Positions 10,211 through 19,409 of a stretch of 64,000 bases of DNA are shown here, in pieces. How positions within the stretch are numbered: position 1 is the stretch's first letter; every line of letters begins with the position of its first letter. The position numbers and the translations under genes are program-made. Below the pieces are notes generated by a model. The model was not told the DNA's origin. It was given only the letters and a program-made list of their open reading frames with translations, and made no database searches. The DNA comes from a virus (lineage: Duplodnaviria > Caudoviricetes), in IMG/VR virus record IMGVR_UViG_3300013936_000002, positions 10,408 to 74,407 of that record. One strand, written 5' to 3'.

Positions 10211-10927
10211 CTAATAACCCCTTACTACTGCTTGGAATCCGCCTTTGTCCTTCCAAAAGATTATTGAATAATGCTTGTTTGTGTCAGGAACAAAAGTATG
10301 AGTATTAGAACAATCTTCTCCAGTAAATGTTATTGTACTTGTTGTTGTAAATGCTACTAATGTCGATCCTGTTGTAAATGATATTTCACTTAAGTATTCA
10401 TCACTTGCATCAGTTGGCATTATAAAGCTAAAATCACTTGTAATAGGTGATTCTAATTGATAATTGTGTAAGTCTAATAAAATATTGTCGGTTGGTAAAA
10501 CATTGCTTAAAATGGTTTTTTGCTCAAACTTTCCTTCATTAAAAGTATCTTGTTTTTCTTTGAAATGTTTTAAACCATCAAATCCAATAATAAGTTTAGA
10601 TGTATCAGTGTAAGAAAAATAAACTTGAAAATAAGATTGACTAGGTGAACTTGCTTCAGAAGAAGTATCTAAATCACCTAAAACTATATTCACATTACAA
10701 TCTTTTAATGTGATATCGAATGAATCTGAAGTAAGAGTATACTCAACATTGTTGATTATCACTTTACGATTTCCAAAAGATTGAACTCCTGAAATAGGTG
10801 AGATTAAACAATTTTCACCTAAATCTTGACCGTTAACTGCCAATACCCAATCTTGACTTGAGTCTGGATCTGGTGTGTAATATAATTCATTATTTGTAAA
10901 GCCACTAAAATTAAGTTTAAATGCCAT
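10211..10927 (-). CDS. Tail-associated protein
   Basis: In fibre cluster; C-terminal beta-rich domain (SFTTGST..F.G....FVPDTNKHYSIIFW) of a type I recognise from Firmicute phage tail proteins. Confidence 0.55.
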   Translation of the reverse strand: MAFKLNFSGFTNNELYYTPDPDSSQDWVLAVNGQDLGENCLISPISGVQSFGNRKVIINNVEYTLTSDSFDITLKDCNVNIVLGDLDTSSEASSPSQSYFQVYFSYTDTSKLIIGFDGLKHFKEKQDTFNEGKFEQKTILSNVLPTDNILLDLHNYQLESPITSDFSFIMPTDASDEYLSEISFTTGSTLVAFTTTSTITFTGEDCSNTHTFVPDTNKHYSIIFWKDKGGFQAVVRGY

Positions 10928-10942
10928 AATCTATCTCTCCTT

Positions 10943-11773
10943 TTAATTAAACATTAAATCAATCAAATCATTAGATGCTAAATTTTCACTTGTAAAATAA
11001 GTTACACCTTCTTTTTCAAGTAATACTGTTCCACTTTTTTTAGCAGGAAATTTAATAATGTAAGAAGTATTGTTTCTTTTATCTTTTTGAACGAATTTGA
11101 AAGTATAATCAAGAATATCAGGATCATAATTATATATTTGTGAAAGATAATCCTCATTTTCAAAATTAATTTTTCCCATATAGTATGTCGAAGCGATTGA
11201 TTCACCCATTAATGATATTCCACGAAAATCACCATAATATTCTGATAAATCTTTATCAAAATAACTAAATCGCAGCATTGTATCATTATATGCATAAAGA
11301 GTTTGTATTTTGCGTGGATTAAGTCGAAGAGTATCTTCGTTAACTGCGACAGTAAAGTCATTATGACCACTTTGTATTGGGTGTGGAAAATTTAAAGTCA
11401 CATCAGCAAGTTCAGTATAATGACCAAATTGAAAAGTAATATAATTAGGAAATGTCCAAACTTTTTGTTGAAATAATTTATCTTTAAAATAAGACAACAT
11501 TTGTGTTGAGACAATTTTTAATGATTCTGAAAAGTTAATCGTAATATTGATTGTATCACTTCCACTTCCACTTCCACTTGATTGACCAACGACTACTATA
11601 TTTTGATTAGCTAAATTTAATGTCACATTATTAGAATAAGTATTATTATTAATTTTAGTTCCTGCTCCAGATTCAATAGTAATCACATCACCATCTTTTA
11701 ATGTATATGGACTATCGACTAAAGATTTATTAACAAATAGATAGCAATTTGAAAAAGTTAATGTATAAGCCAT
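10943..11773 (-). CDS. Tail-associated hypothetical protein
   Basis: AGGAGAG RBS; N-terminus weakly resembles 10211-10927; ends ASNDLIDLMFN like the end of 11789-13684 (TNADIDAIF). Confidence 0.55.
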   Translation of the reverse strand: MAYTLTFSNCYLFVNKSLVDSPYTLKDGDVITIESGAGTKINNNTYSNNVTLNLANQNIVVVGQSSGSGSGSDTINITINFSESLKIVSTQMLSYFKDKLFQQKVWTFPNYITFQFGHYTELADVTLNFPHPIQSGHNDFTVAVNEDTLRLNPRKIQTLYAYNDTMLRFSYFDKDLSEYYGDFRGISLMGESIASTYYMGKINFENEDYLSQIYNYDPDILDYTFKFVQKDKRNNTSYIIKFPAKKSGTVLLEKEGVTYFTSENLASNDLIDLMFN

Positions 11774-11788
11774 GTTTATCTCTCCTTT

Positions 11789-13684
11789 CTAAAATATAGC
11801 ATCTATATCAGCATTTGTACCATAAGGTAAATTATTCTCAATTGCTGAATCTATATCATCTGTCAATGCAACTGTGCCACCATTATCATCTCTTAACTTA
11901 AAATCATAATCAGTATAAGTAATGTTACCTGAAGTGTGAGGTATTCTAATTTTAAAAGTAGAATATTGCAACATTAATATTACATTATCATTAAAATTAA
12001 TGAAATTGCTAATTTTCAGCATATTTAATTTTAATATATCATCAAGAGTAAAAGTAGAACTACCTTCTTTAGAAAAAGGTGGTAAAACAACTTGTTTCTT
12101 TTGCCCGGTTATTTCAGTACCATCATGTTCTAATATCAAATTACCATCACTATCTACATTAATATCTGTAGGCATTACTTTAGTTAAATTCTCTAAAGCA
12201 GTACTTGTAGCATTTGAGATTGGTTTATCTAAATCACTTGTGTTATCAACATTGCCTAAACCAACTTGTTCTTTTGTAACACCATGTGGATTCTCTTTAT
12301 TGGCAACATGATTATCAAAAGTTGTGACTTTATCACTTGTAATATTACTATTAATAGCTGCTAATTGTGCAGCGGTAAATGGAGTATCATTGACTTTAAA
12401 TTGTGGTTTCCATGTGCCAACTGTTTCTTCATCAGTCTTAACATAGATATATCTCCAGCCTTCATTGTTATGAGTTTCATCTTGTTCAACATAAGCATAA
12501 TCATTATTTGTTGCTTTTGTAGGATTGTCATTTTGCCATTTTAATAAATCTGCATAAGTAACAAATGAACCAATAAAATATGCAGCACTTGAGTTAATAC
12601 TTGAGTTAACAAAGTTTTTATCAGCTAATTGATTATCTTTATTCGCTTGTGCTGGAATTAATGCTTTAATATCGTTTGTTTCACTAATTGGAGTATAATT
12701 AGCTAAATCACTTGTTAAAGCGAATGTCCCACTCTTTGCAGGAAAAATATGTTGATAAAAATTATTACCTGCTTGTCTTAATATTTGGTTTACATAAAAG
12801 TTTGCATAATTATTATTTCTAATTAAAGCAATCGTTGGATTGCCAGCTTCAAAGCCTAAATGGATTTGAGTCGTATTATCATATTTCAATATAAAATCAT
12901 TCAAATTTTGTTTTAAATATCTATTATCACCAAAACCAAGATTTAAAGCATCTTTATTATTAACTGGATCGTTTGTAATGATTTTACCTTGACCATCATA
13001 AGTAACGATAGCATTAGCTAAAGCTTCACTTGATAAAGGTAAAAAACCATCAGCATTTCCGATTGTATATGCTTTCCAATTTCCACCAGTATAAGCAATT
13101 TTATCAACCTTGCCATTTAATTGTTCGACATTAACAGCATCATCATTTTCTACACCTTTTGAGATTTTGATTCTACCTTCATTGTTTCTTTGAACTAATG
13201 CACCACCAGTATTGCCAATATCAATAGGAATTAAAGTTACATCATTATCAGTTTGAGTGTATACTCCCCATTTATTTAATGGTTTAAGTTTACTTACTTT
13301 TGTATCAATTTTATTATAAATAGCACTTATATCACATTTTATCTCAGTATCATTCGATAAAACAAATACTAAGTTTTTGTTAGTATCATCTAAATAAATT
13401 TCTTTAATTAAATATTCGGTTGGTAAATCTATTGAAGATGTTTGTAAGATAGTACCATCTTTTGCTAATAATTCTAAAGTAATAACACCATTAGCTGGAT
13501 TATAATTAAACTTAATATTTGAACCATAAGATCCAGTAATAATATTACCATCACCATCTTTATTTGCTTTATCAACGGTTAAATCACCATCAATAATACC
13601 TTCAATTCCATCTTCAATATTATTTAAATGGTAAGCATCAAGTTGACTTTCTTCATCAACCCATATATATCTTTTGTAAGCCAT
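11789..13684 (-). CDS. Tail fibre protein
   Basis: N-terminal AY....W.D....LDAYHLNNIEDGI; fibre repeat HVANKENPHGVTKEQVGLGNVDNTSDLDKPIS. Confidence 0.75.
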   Translation of the reverse strand: MAYKRYIWVDEESQLDAYHLNNIEDGIEGIIDGDLTVDKANKDGDGNIITGSYGSNIKFNYNPANGVITLELLAKDGTILQTSSIDLPTEYLIKEIYLDDTNKNLVFVLSNDTEIKCDISAIYNKIDTKVSKLKPLNKWGVYTQTDNDVTLIPIDIGNTGGALVQRNNEGRIKISKGVENDDAVNVEQLNGKVDKIAYTGGNWKAYTIGNADGFLPLSSEALANAIVTYDGQGKIITNDPVNNKDALNLGFGDNRYLKQNLNDFILKYDNTTQIHLGFEAGNPTIALIRNNNYANFYVNQILRQAGNNFYQHIFPAKSGTFALTSDLANYTPISETNDIKALIPAQANKDNQLADKNFVNSSINSSAAYFIGSFVTYADLLKWQNDNPTKATNNDYAYVEQDETHNNEGWRYIYVKTDEETVGTWKPQFKVNDTPFTAAQLAAINSNITSDKVTTFDNHVANKENPHGVTKEQVGLGNVDNTSDLDKPISNATSTALENLTKVMPTDINVDSDGNLILEHDGTEITGQKKQVVLPPFSKEGSSTFTLDDILKLNMLKISNFINFNDNVILMLQYSTFKIRIPHTSGNITYTDYDFKLRDDNGGTVALTDDIDSAIENNLPYGTNADIDAIF

Positions 13685-13851
13685 TATAAATCTTTAACCT
13701 CCCTTTTTAATAAAAAAGTTGTTTCACCACAAAATAAACTAGGACTACAAATAGCAATAGTATCATAGTTTCCCCACCAGCCTTCAACTACTGTGGTAAA
13801 AAACTTATCCATATAATCTTTTGTTGTTACTTTATCTTGTAGTTTTTCCAT
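13684..13851 (-). CDS. Small hypothetical protein (55 aa), absent from the ORF track
   Basis: Read by eye: MEKLQDKVTTKDYMDKFF...; GGAG RBS; stop overlaps next start (TAATG). Confidence 0.55.
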   Translation of the reverse strand: MEKLQDKVTTKDYMDKFFTTVVEGWWGNYDTIAICSPSLFCGETTFLLKREVKDL

Positions 13852-13868
13852 ATGTTTTAATCTCCAAT

Positions 13869-14588
13869 TTAAATTATACTAAAGATAGTTTTAATTATAT
13901 CAATAGTATTATCATCACCTGATATAAAATAATATTGTTCATTTTCTTTTACAACTTTTGCATTATGTTTATTTAACATGTTAGTAAAAGTATCTTTATT
14001 TTTAATTTTAATTTTTTCAATTCTTGTCGTAGATACATCTTTAACTTTCTTACTATCTAATAATATGAAATAACCATTAGAAGATTTTTCTACATTTTTA
14101 TTTTTTTGTCTTGCTATGAAATTTAATGTATTAACTGCATCTTCCCAATCATCAGTATAATAACTTAAATCTTCAATTAATTTACCATTAACATATTCTT
14201 TGATAATATATTCATCATAATCATTTTTTCTTTTTACTAATGTTATATAATGATTTGAACGAGGAGCATCATTTAAATTAATAACTAAAGTATTGTCATC
14301 TTCCCAAGCAATGTTATCACATTTAATATTGTCTTTTTTTAATGCTGCTTTAATTTTACCCATTACTTCATCTTCAATTTTAAAATTATTTAATTTTTTA
14401 GAATCAAACAATTCTTTTTTCTTATCTAAATAATCATAAGAATATTGTTTGTTTCTATCAGTAATATAAAGTTTGCTATCTTTGACTTTGCAACTAAAAT
14501 TAAATGATTTTCCTAAATCTTCATTTTTATATTTGATAGGTTTATTTAAGCTATTTAATGCAGTTTTTAAATTATTTAATTTCATCAT
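13869..14588 (-). CDS. Hypothetical, putative head-cargo polyprotein
   Basis: Contains KVKDSK, LFDSKK, LLDSKKVKD linkers. Confidence 0.55.
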   Translation of the reverse strand: MMKLNNLKTALNSLNKPIKYKNEDLGKSFNFSCKVKDSKLYITDRNKQYSYDYLDKKKELFDSKKLNNFKIEDEVMGKIKAALKKDNIKCDNIAWEDDNTLVINLNDAPRSNHYITLVKRKNDYDEYIIKEYVNGKLIEDLSYYTDDWEDAVNTLNFIARQKNKNVEKSSNGYFILLDSKKVKDVSTTRIEKIKIKNKDTFTNMLNKHNAKVVKENEQYYFISGDDNTIDIIKTIFSII

Positions 14589-14591
14589 AAA

Positions 14592-15335
14592 TTATCTCCT
14601 ATTTTTATCTCTTCTTTTAATATCTGCCCTTAATCTTTTTTCATATTCATTTTTATCAGATAAAATTATTTGTCTAGTTTGATTAATTAAATCTTTAATT
14701 TCTTTTAATCCTTCGTTAACTATTTCATCAAATAACTTAAGAGTTTCTTCAAAAGAAAAATAATTACCAATACCATTTTGCTCAACAGTCATATATAAAG
14801 AATTTAAATGATAAATAACATCATCAAATGTTAGTTTAAAAAGTTTTTCTTTTAAATCTTCATAAGAAATAGAAGATTTAAAATTTTCTTCAAAATCATT
14901 ATCTTCATCTGAATCACTAAAAGACATAATTAAATCGGCATATCTATCCCATAAAATATTTAATAATTGTTCATATTCTTCATCAGTAATATCACCTCTA
15001 TTATGTGCAAAATCAATACGCCTTTCAACATAATCATCAGGTTCAACTGTTTCAACATGTTTTTTTAATTTTTCAAATCTTGATGAACCATCATAAATAG
15101 GACTATCAATAGGTTTATATTTTTCATCATTACAATCAATAATTAAATACTCTAAATTATCTTCTTTTTCTAAATCATTTTTAACTTTTTTAGCATTTGA
15201 TAAAGTCATTTCATGTCTTTCAACAATAGCATTATAACCATAAGTATGCCATCTTGATTCTAAGACAATTGCATAACCTTTCTTAATATCAACTACTTTT
15301 AATTCTGCATCTTCAAAATAAACTTTGTTTTTCAT
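14592..15335 (-). CDS. Hypothetical acidic multi-module protein
   Basis: AGGAG RBS, operon position next to the head-tail connector. Confidence 0.55.
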   Translation of the reverse strand: MKNKVYFEDAELKVVDIKKGYAIVLESRWHTYGYNAIVERHEMTLSNAKKVKNDLEKEDNLEYLIIDCNDEKYKPIDSPIYDGSSRFEKLKKHVETVEPDDYVERRIDFAHNRGDITDEEYEQLLNILWDRYADLIMSFSDSDEDNDFEENFKSSISYEDLKEKLFKLTFDDVIYHLNSLYMTVEQNGIGNYFSFEETLKLFDEIVNEGLKEIKDLINQTRQIILSDKNEYEKRLRADIKRRDKNRR

Positions 15336-15362
15336 TTTCTTTCTCCTTTTAATTTATTTTTT

Positions 15363-15842
15363 TTAATTTGACCCTGGTATAGGTCCAGATGTTATAACCA
15401 TTATACTTGGAACACCTTTACTTGTTAACAATGCAATTAATTCTGCACCATAAGCACTTTTGTTCCACCATACATATTCAGAACCATTAACTAAACTTTT
15501 ATCTAAATCAAACGATTTACTAAACCCACCAACTGTTGCATTAGTTAATAACCCCTTAGTAACACCACCAGCAATACTACCTAATGTAGATCCACCTGGA
15601 TTTTGTTCGCTTTGACCAATGATATATAAATAATGCGCAATACATAAACTCATAGCATATTTCCAATCACTACCAAATATTGAATAAAATATTTTATTAT
15701 TAGCGATTGGATATAAATTGTCAAAAGCTACTTTACCTTCATCAGTCTCCATGTATTTTTTATATTCTCTTCTCCAAAATAAAAAATCAGCTATTGTAAA
15801 TGGTGGATTTTCTTTATCAGTATTAATTCCAACAATTGCCAT
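15363..15842 (-). CDS. Head-tail connector (DUF4054-like)
   Basis: AMSLCIAHYL, GLLTNATVGGFSKSFD, WWNKSAYG pattern. Confidence 0.8.
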   Translation of the reverse strand: MAIVGINTDKENPPFTIADFLFWRREYKKYMETDEGKVAFDNLYPIANNKIFYSIFGSDWKYAMSLCIAHYLYIIGQSEQNPGGSTLGSIAGGVTKGLLTNATVGGFSKSFDLDKSLVNGSEYVWWNKSAYGAELIALLTSKGVPSIMVITSGPIPGSN

Positions 15843-15845
15843 AAA

Positions 15846-16652
15846 TTACTCCTTTATTTTAATTGACCAACCATAAGTTGGTGAATGTATAACTTCGGTT
15901 TGATAATCAAAATTCATAATGATAAAATCATTTGTTTTATAAGCAGATTGCATATCATCAAATCCTGCAAGTAAATTTTGCTCTGGTAAAACTTCGCTAT
16001 ACATAGGAGTATTCATGTCCATGATAGCTTGTTCAAGTTCATCCCATTGTTCATCACTTAATGAATCTTTTACTTTTGAATCACTAAAAACAACTTTACC
16101 TTTTCTTAAATTCTCAAGCAATTCAATATGATGTGCTTCTTCTTTTAAAATATGACTTAATACATAAATAGCATTTTTATCATCAGTCATAGCGATTGCA
16201 TTTTTATAATCTTGAACAGCTTTTCTTTCTTCAGTTAATAAATACTCAAAATCAATGCTTGGTTTCTTTTTAGGTTTTCTACCTCTTTTAGCATCATGAA
16301 TACAATCATTTGTATTATGACTAATAATCAAATCAACGATATGTTCAATATCTAATTTTTTCAAACCAAATGAATCTAAATAATCAGATAATTCTTCCCT
16401 AGTAAAAACTTCATTTTCATCAGTATAATAAAAATTTGAAAGTTTATCAAAATTAATTTTTTTATTATCAACTAAGAAATCAATCGCTTCATCACTAGTC
16501 ATTAAATCATCTAAAGAACTATAATTTTCTTCAGCCCATATTTTGCCTTTATCAATATAATCTCTAGCTAAATCATATTCATCTTCATATTTAGGTTCTT
16601 CAGGAACTGGGTTATCTATATAATCTTTGAGCTTTTTTATTTTGTATTGCAT
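15846..16652 (-). CDS. Multi-module protein with a ferritin/rubrerythrin-like segment
   Basis: EERKAVQDY...ILKEEAHHIELL, bounded by IHDA and DSKVKDS linkers. Confidence 0.65.
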   Translation of the reverse strand: MQYKIKKLKDYIDNPVPEEPKYEDEYDLARDYIDKGKIWAEENYSSLDDLMTSDEAIDFLVDNKKINFDKLSNFYYTDENEVFTREELSDYLDSFGLKKLDIEHIVDLIISHNTNDCIHDAKRGRKPKKKPSIDFEYLLTEERKAVQDYKNAIAMTDDKNAIYVLSHILKEEAHHIELLENLRKGKVVFSDSKVKDSLSDEQWDELEQAIMDMNTPMYSEVLPEQNLLAGFDDMQSAYKTNDFIIMNFDYQTEVIHSPTYGWSIKIKE

Positions 16653-16677
16653 ATTAAATAATATCCTCCTTTAACTC

Positions 16678-16686
16678 ATTATAACA
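16678..16686 (-). promoter_or_regulatory. Putative extended -10 promoter for 15846-16652
   Basis: TGtTATAAT between a terminator and an AAGGAGG RBS. Confidence 0.5.
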
Positions 16687-16715
16687 TATCTTTTTTTTAT
16701 AATATCATAAATAGA

Positions 16716-16745
16716 AAAAAAGATATAAAAACTTATATCTTTTTT
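16716..16745. terminator. Intrinsic terminator after tail tube gene
   Basis: aaaaaagatataa-aaac-ttatatctttttt. Confidence 0.75.
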
Positions 16746-16770
16746 CTTTTTTAAATTAACAATTTAAATT

Positions 16771-17259
16771 TTAAATTGATGGATACATAATTACTCTACC
16801 ACAAGTAAAGCGCCATTCTTGAGTTTGAGATGCTGCTTGGAATTGTTGATCTGGAATTTTAGTTATATAACAATCTTCACAAATACATATTGGCATACCA
16901 TCTTCACTTGAATTACTATTAATTGTAATTGTTAAACCTGGATAATTTCCTTGTATTGATTCAAAGATTGAACATAATTGAGTAAGTCTAATTACTAAAT
17001 CTGAGATTTGATTAATGTTAACAGAACAAATACCAGTTTTATCAAGACTTAATTCATGAACCCAAGAACCAGTAGCATCACCTGTTGTTTTCCAAGCATC
17101 GGTATTTCTTGAAACTGTGATTGTTCCAACAAAACTACCTTCACCATTTTCACCTGGTCCACCTATTGCAATACTTCTAGTAGAAATAACACTTGTTGGA
17201 ATTTCATCAGGAATAGTAAGAATTAATTGATAATCAGCTAAACTATATCTATTTGTCAT
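16771..17259 (-). CDS. Tail tube protein (DUF3277-like)
   Basis: YSLADYQL, TTGDATG....DKTG...V...Q.S, ITKIPD...EWRFTC; follows sheath. Confidence 0.8.
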   Translation of the reverse strand: MTNRYSLADYQLILTIPDEIPTSVISTRSIAIGGPGENGEGSFVGTITVSRNTDAWKTTGDATGSWVHELSLDKTGICSVNINQISDLVIRLTQLCSIFESIQGNYPGLTITINSNSSEDGMPICICEDCYITKIPDQQFQAASQTQEWRFTCGRVIMYPSI

Positions 17260-17273
17260 TGTTCTTACCTCCT

Positions 17274-18347
17274 TTAATAAACTTCACCAACTATATTAAT
17301 TAATCTAATAGCATAGCTATCAGCTATTAATAAATAAATTCTAGGTAATTGATGTTTTTTCTTTTCTTCATTGGTTAATGATGAAAAAGGCATGATAACG
17401 AATTTATAGCCCAAAGATAATAATGTATCTTTTTTAATGATAGTTGTTTGCTCAACTACCCAATCTTCTTCTTCCCATACTTTATTTGTAGATAAATAAC
17501 CATTTGTTCTATAACGATTTAATTCATCAACTATTGTATTTGAGATAATATTTAATCCTGTTTGGTTATATCTTAATTTTGATTTTAATACATTACATAA
17601 TCTTTGAGTTAATGTTTGAGTTAACATTATTTTGTAGAAATGATTTACTAAATCTTTTCCTGATGTTGTATTACCACCAATATTGACACTATCACCTGTT
17701 AATATAATATCAGCATTAAAATTGTTTGCTAATATGTTTTTAACAATGCTATCATCATCAATTAAATAATTTTCGCTATCTTTTTCAATAGTAAAATTAT
17801 AATCATTAATTGTTCCATAATAAACATTAATTTTACTTAAATATGCTGCAATGGTCATTTCATAACCTGGTAAACCATTTGCACCAAGGTATTTAACAAT
17901 TAAGTTTTCAATGTTTAATGATTCATCTAAATCACTAGCAGTATTAGAATAAGTAATAAACATTTTTTCATAAATACCAGTAAAGAATAAATCACTATTT
18001 ATATTTTCAACTAATGTTTTTGCATCGGTTAAAGTCATATTAAATAATACAACTACTATTTCTTCCATAGGTAAAGTTTTTAATGTATCTTTTTCTTTAC
18101 CTTTTTCAACATTTATATAATGAATTTCTTTGCCACCATTGTCAATGAAATATTTTATATATTTTTTTAATGTATCATCTGTATTATCAGGAATAGTTGT
18201 TGAAGATGTTATTTCAGCAGTATTTTCTCCGTTAAATTTAACACCTGAATTTCCTAATAAAACAATTGTTTCTCTTGATCCACTTAAGGTAGTAGTTTCA
18301 TGATAATTAATATTTATGTCAACAAAGTTTTTTAAACTTACACTCAT
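17274..18347 (-). CDS. Tail sheath protein (short, DUF3383-like)
   Basis: NFVDININ start; C-terminal KLRYNQTG....I...L..Y..NGY; precedes tube. Confidence 0.75.
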   Translation of the reverse strand: MSVSLKNFVDININYHETTTLSGSRETIVLLGNSGVKFNGENTAEITSSTTIPDNTDDTLKKYIKYFIDNGGKEIHYINVEKGKEKDTLKTLPMEEIVVVLFNMTLTDAKTLVENINSDLFFTGIYEKMFITYSNTASDLDESLNIENLIVKYLGANGLPGYEMTIAAYLSKINVYYGTINDYNFTIEKDSENYLIDDDSIVKNILANNFNADIILTGDSVNIGGNTTSGKDLVNHFYKIMLTQTLTQRLCNVLKSKLRYNQTGLNIISNTIVDELNRYRTNGYLSTNKVWEEEDWVVEQTTIIKKDTLLSLGYKFVIMPFSSLTNEEKKKHQLPRIYLLIADSYAIRLINIVGEVY

Positions 18348-18402
18348 ATTAATACCTCCTTATAATTAGTTTTTATTTTTTTCATTTTATCTTTTCCTTT
18401 CT

Positions 18403-18963
18403 TTAAAATGATTTAACAATAAGATTAGTTTTTAAGCCACTTTCACTACAATTAGTATTAAAGGTTTCTTCATCATCATTTAAATTGATTATGTTATGTC
18501 TTACTTGTAAATTAAATGTAATATCTTTTCTCAACCACATAGTATCATTAATAAACTCATTTACTGAACTTGGATTACTTATACCTTTTAAATAAATACC
18601 TAAATCATGTAATTGATTAACTACTTGTTCGGTTTTAAATCTTGTACAAATCTTTTGTGAGATGTAATATGAGCTATTGCCATATATTTTCATTAAGAAA
18701 GTATAATTCGCATTGTAATCAATCGTATTGTCGTTATTAACGATAGCCACATTGCTTTCATTTACATCTTCGTTTAATTCAAAGATTATAAAGCAATCAG
18801 TGGCATCGTAAGACATTTCTTCTTCGCCATTTAATATTTTAGTAAGTTCTGGTCCACGAATACTAAACGCATTTAATATTCTATCAATATCGACTTCAGC
18901 TTGTTTACTTAATATTTTTCTCAAATTCTTAATAATATCTTCATATCTAATAGCTTTAATCAT
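18403..18963 (-). CDS. Tail completion / neck protein
   Basis: Size and position before sheath; EFIND.MWLR.DITF.L pattern. Confidence 0.6.
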   Translation of the reverse strand: MIKAIRYEDIIKNLRKILSKQAEVDIDRILNAFSIRGPELTKILNGEEEMSYDATDCFIIFELNEDVNESNVAIVNNDNTIDYNANYTFLMKIYGNSSYYISQKICTRFKTEQVVNQLHDLGIYLKGISNPSSVNEFINDTMWLRKDITFNLQVRHNIINLNDDEETFNTNCSESGLKTNLIVKSF

Positions 18964-19379
18964 CTGATTTTATCTCCATTTAAATACTCAATATATTCTT
19001 TTAAGTCTTTATAATTATTAAGATTTACAAGTCTTAATCGACAACTTCTAACACCATACTCATCATAATCATTCCAATCATCAACTAACAAGCAACGATT
19101 TTTATAAATGATAAAATCGCCATTTGTAATACGATAAATGTTCTTACAAAAGAAATCATAAGTCATACTATCGGTATTTCCATCTTTACTAAATTGATGT
19201 GTTGTTTTTCCTGGTTGTAATGAACCTCTTATTGTCAATTTATCAAATTTAGTGATTCTACGACCTAATTCATCACATTTAAATCCTGTTTGTACATACC
19301 AATCATAATCGAAAGCAAACAACTCAATTGCATCGTCGAACCAAGTTGGATCAACAACATGATTTTGTAAATCATTCAT
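18960..19379 (-). CDS. Head closure / head-tail adaptor
   Basis: IRGSLQPG, GDFIIYKNR..LV....DY..YG pattern. Confidence 0.6.
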   Translation of the reverse strand: MNDLQNHVVDPTWFDDAIELFAFDYDWYVQTGFKCDELGRRITKFDKLTIRGSLQPGKTTHQFSKDGNTDSMTYDFFCKNIYRITNGDFIIYKNRCLLVDDWNDYDEYGVRSCRLRLVNLNNYKDLKEYIEYLNGDKIR

Positions 19380-19409
19380 AGAATCACCTCCTTCAATAAT
19401 TTTTATATT

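Noticed and set aside
5060-12190. Diversity-generating retroelement template/variable repeat pair
   Set aside because: Differences are spread over all bases and mostly synonymous, not adenine-specific, and no reverse transcriptase is in the window.
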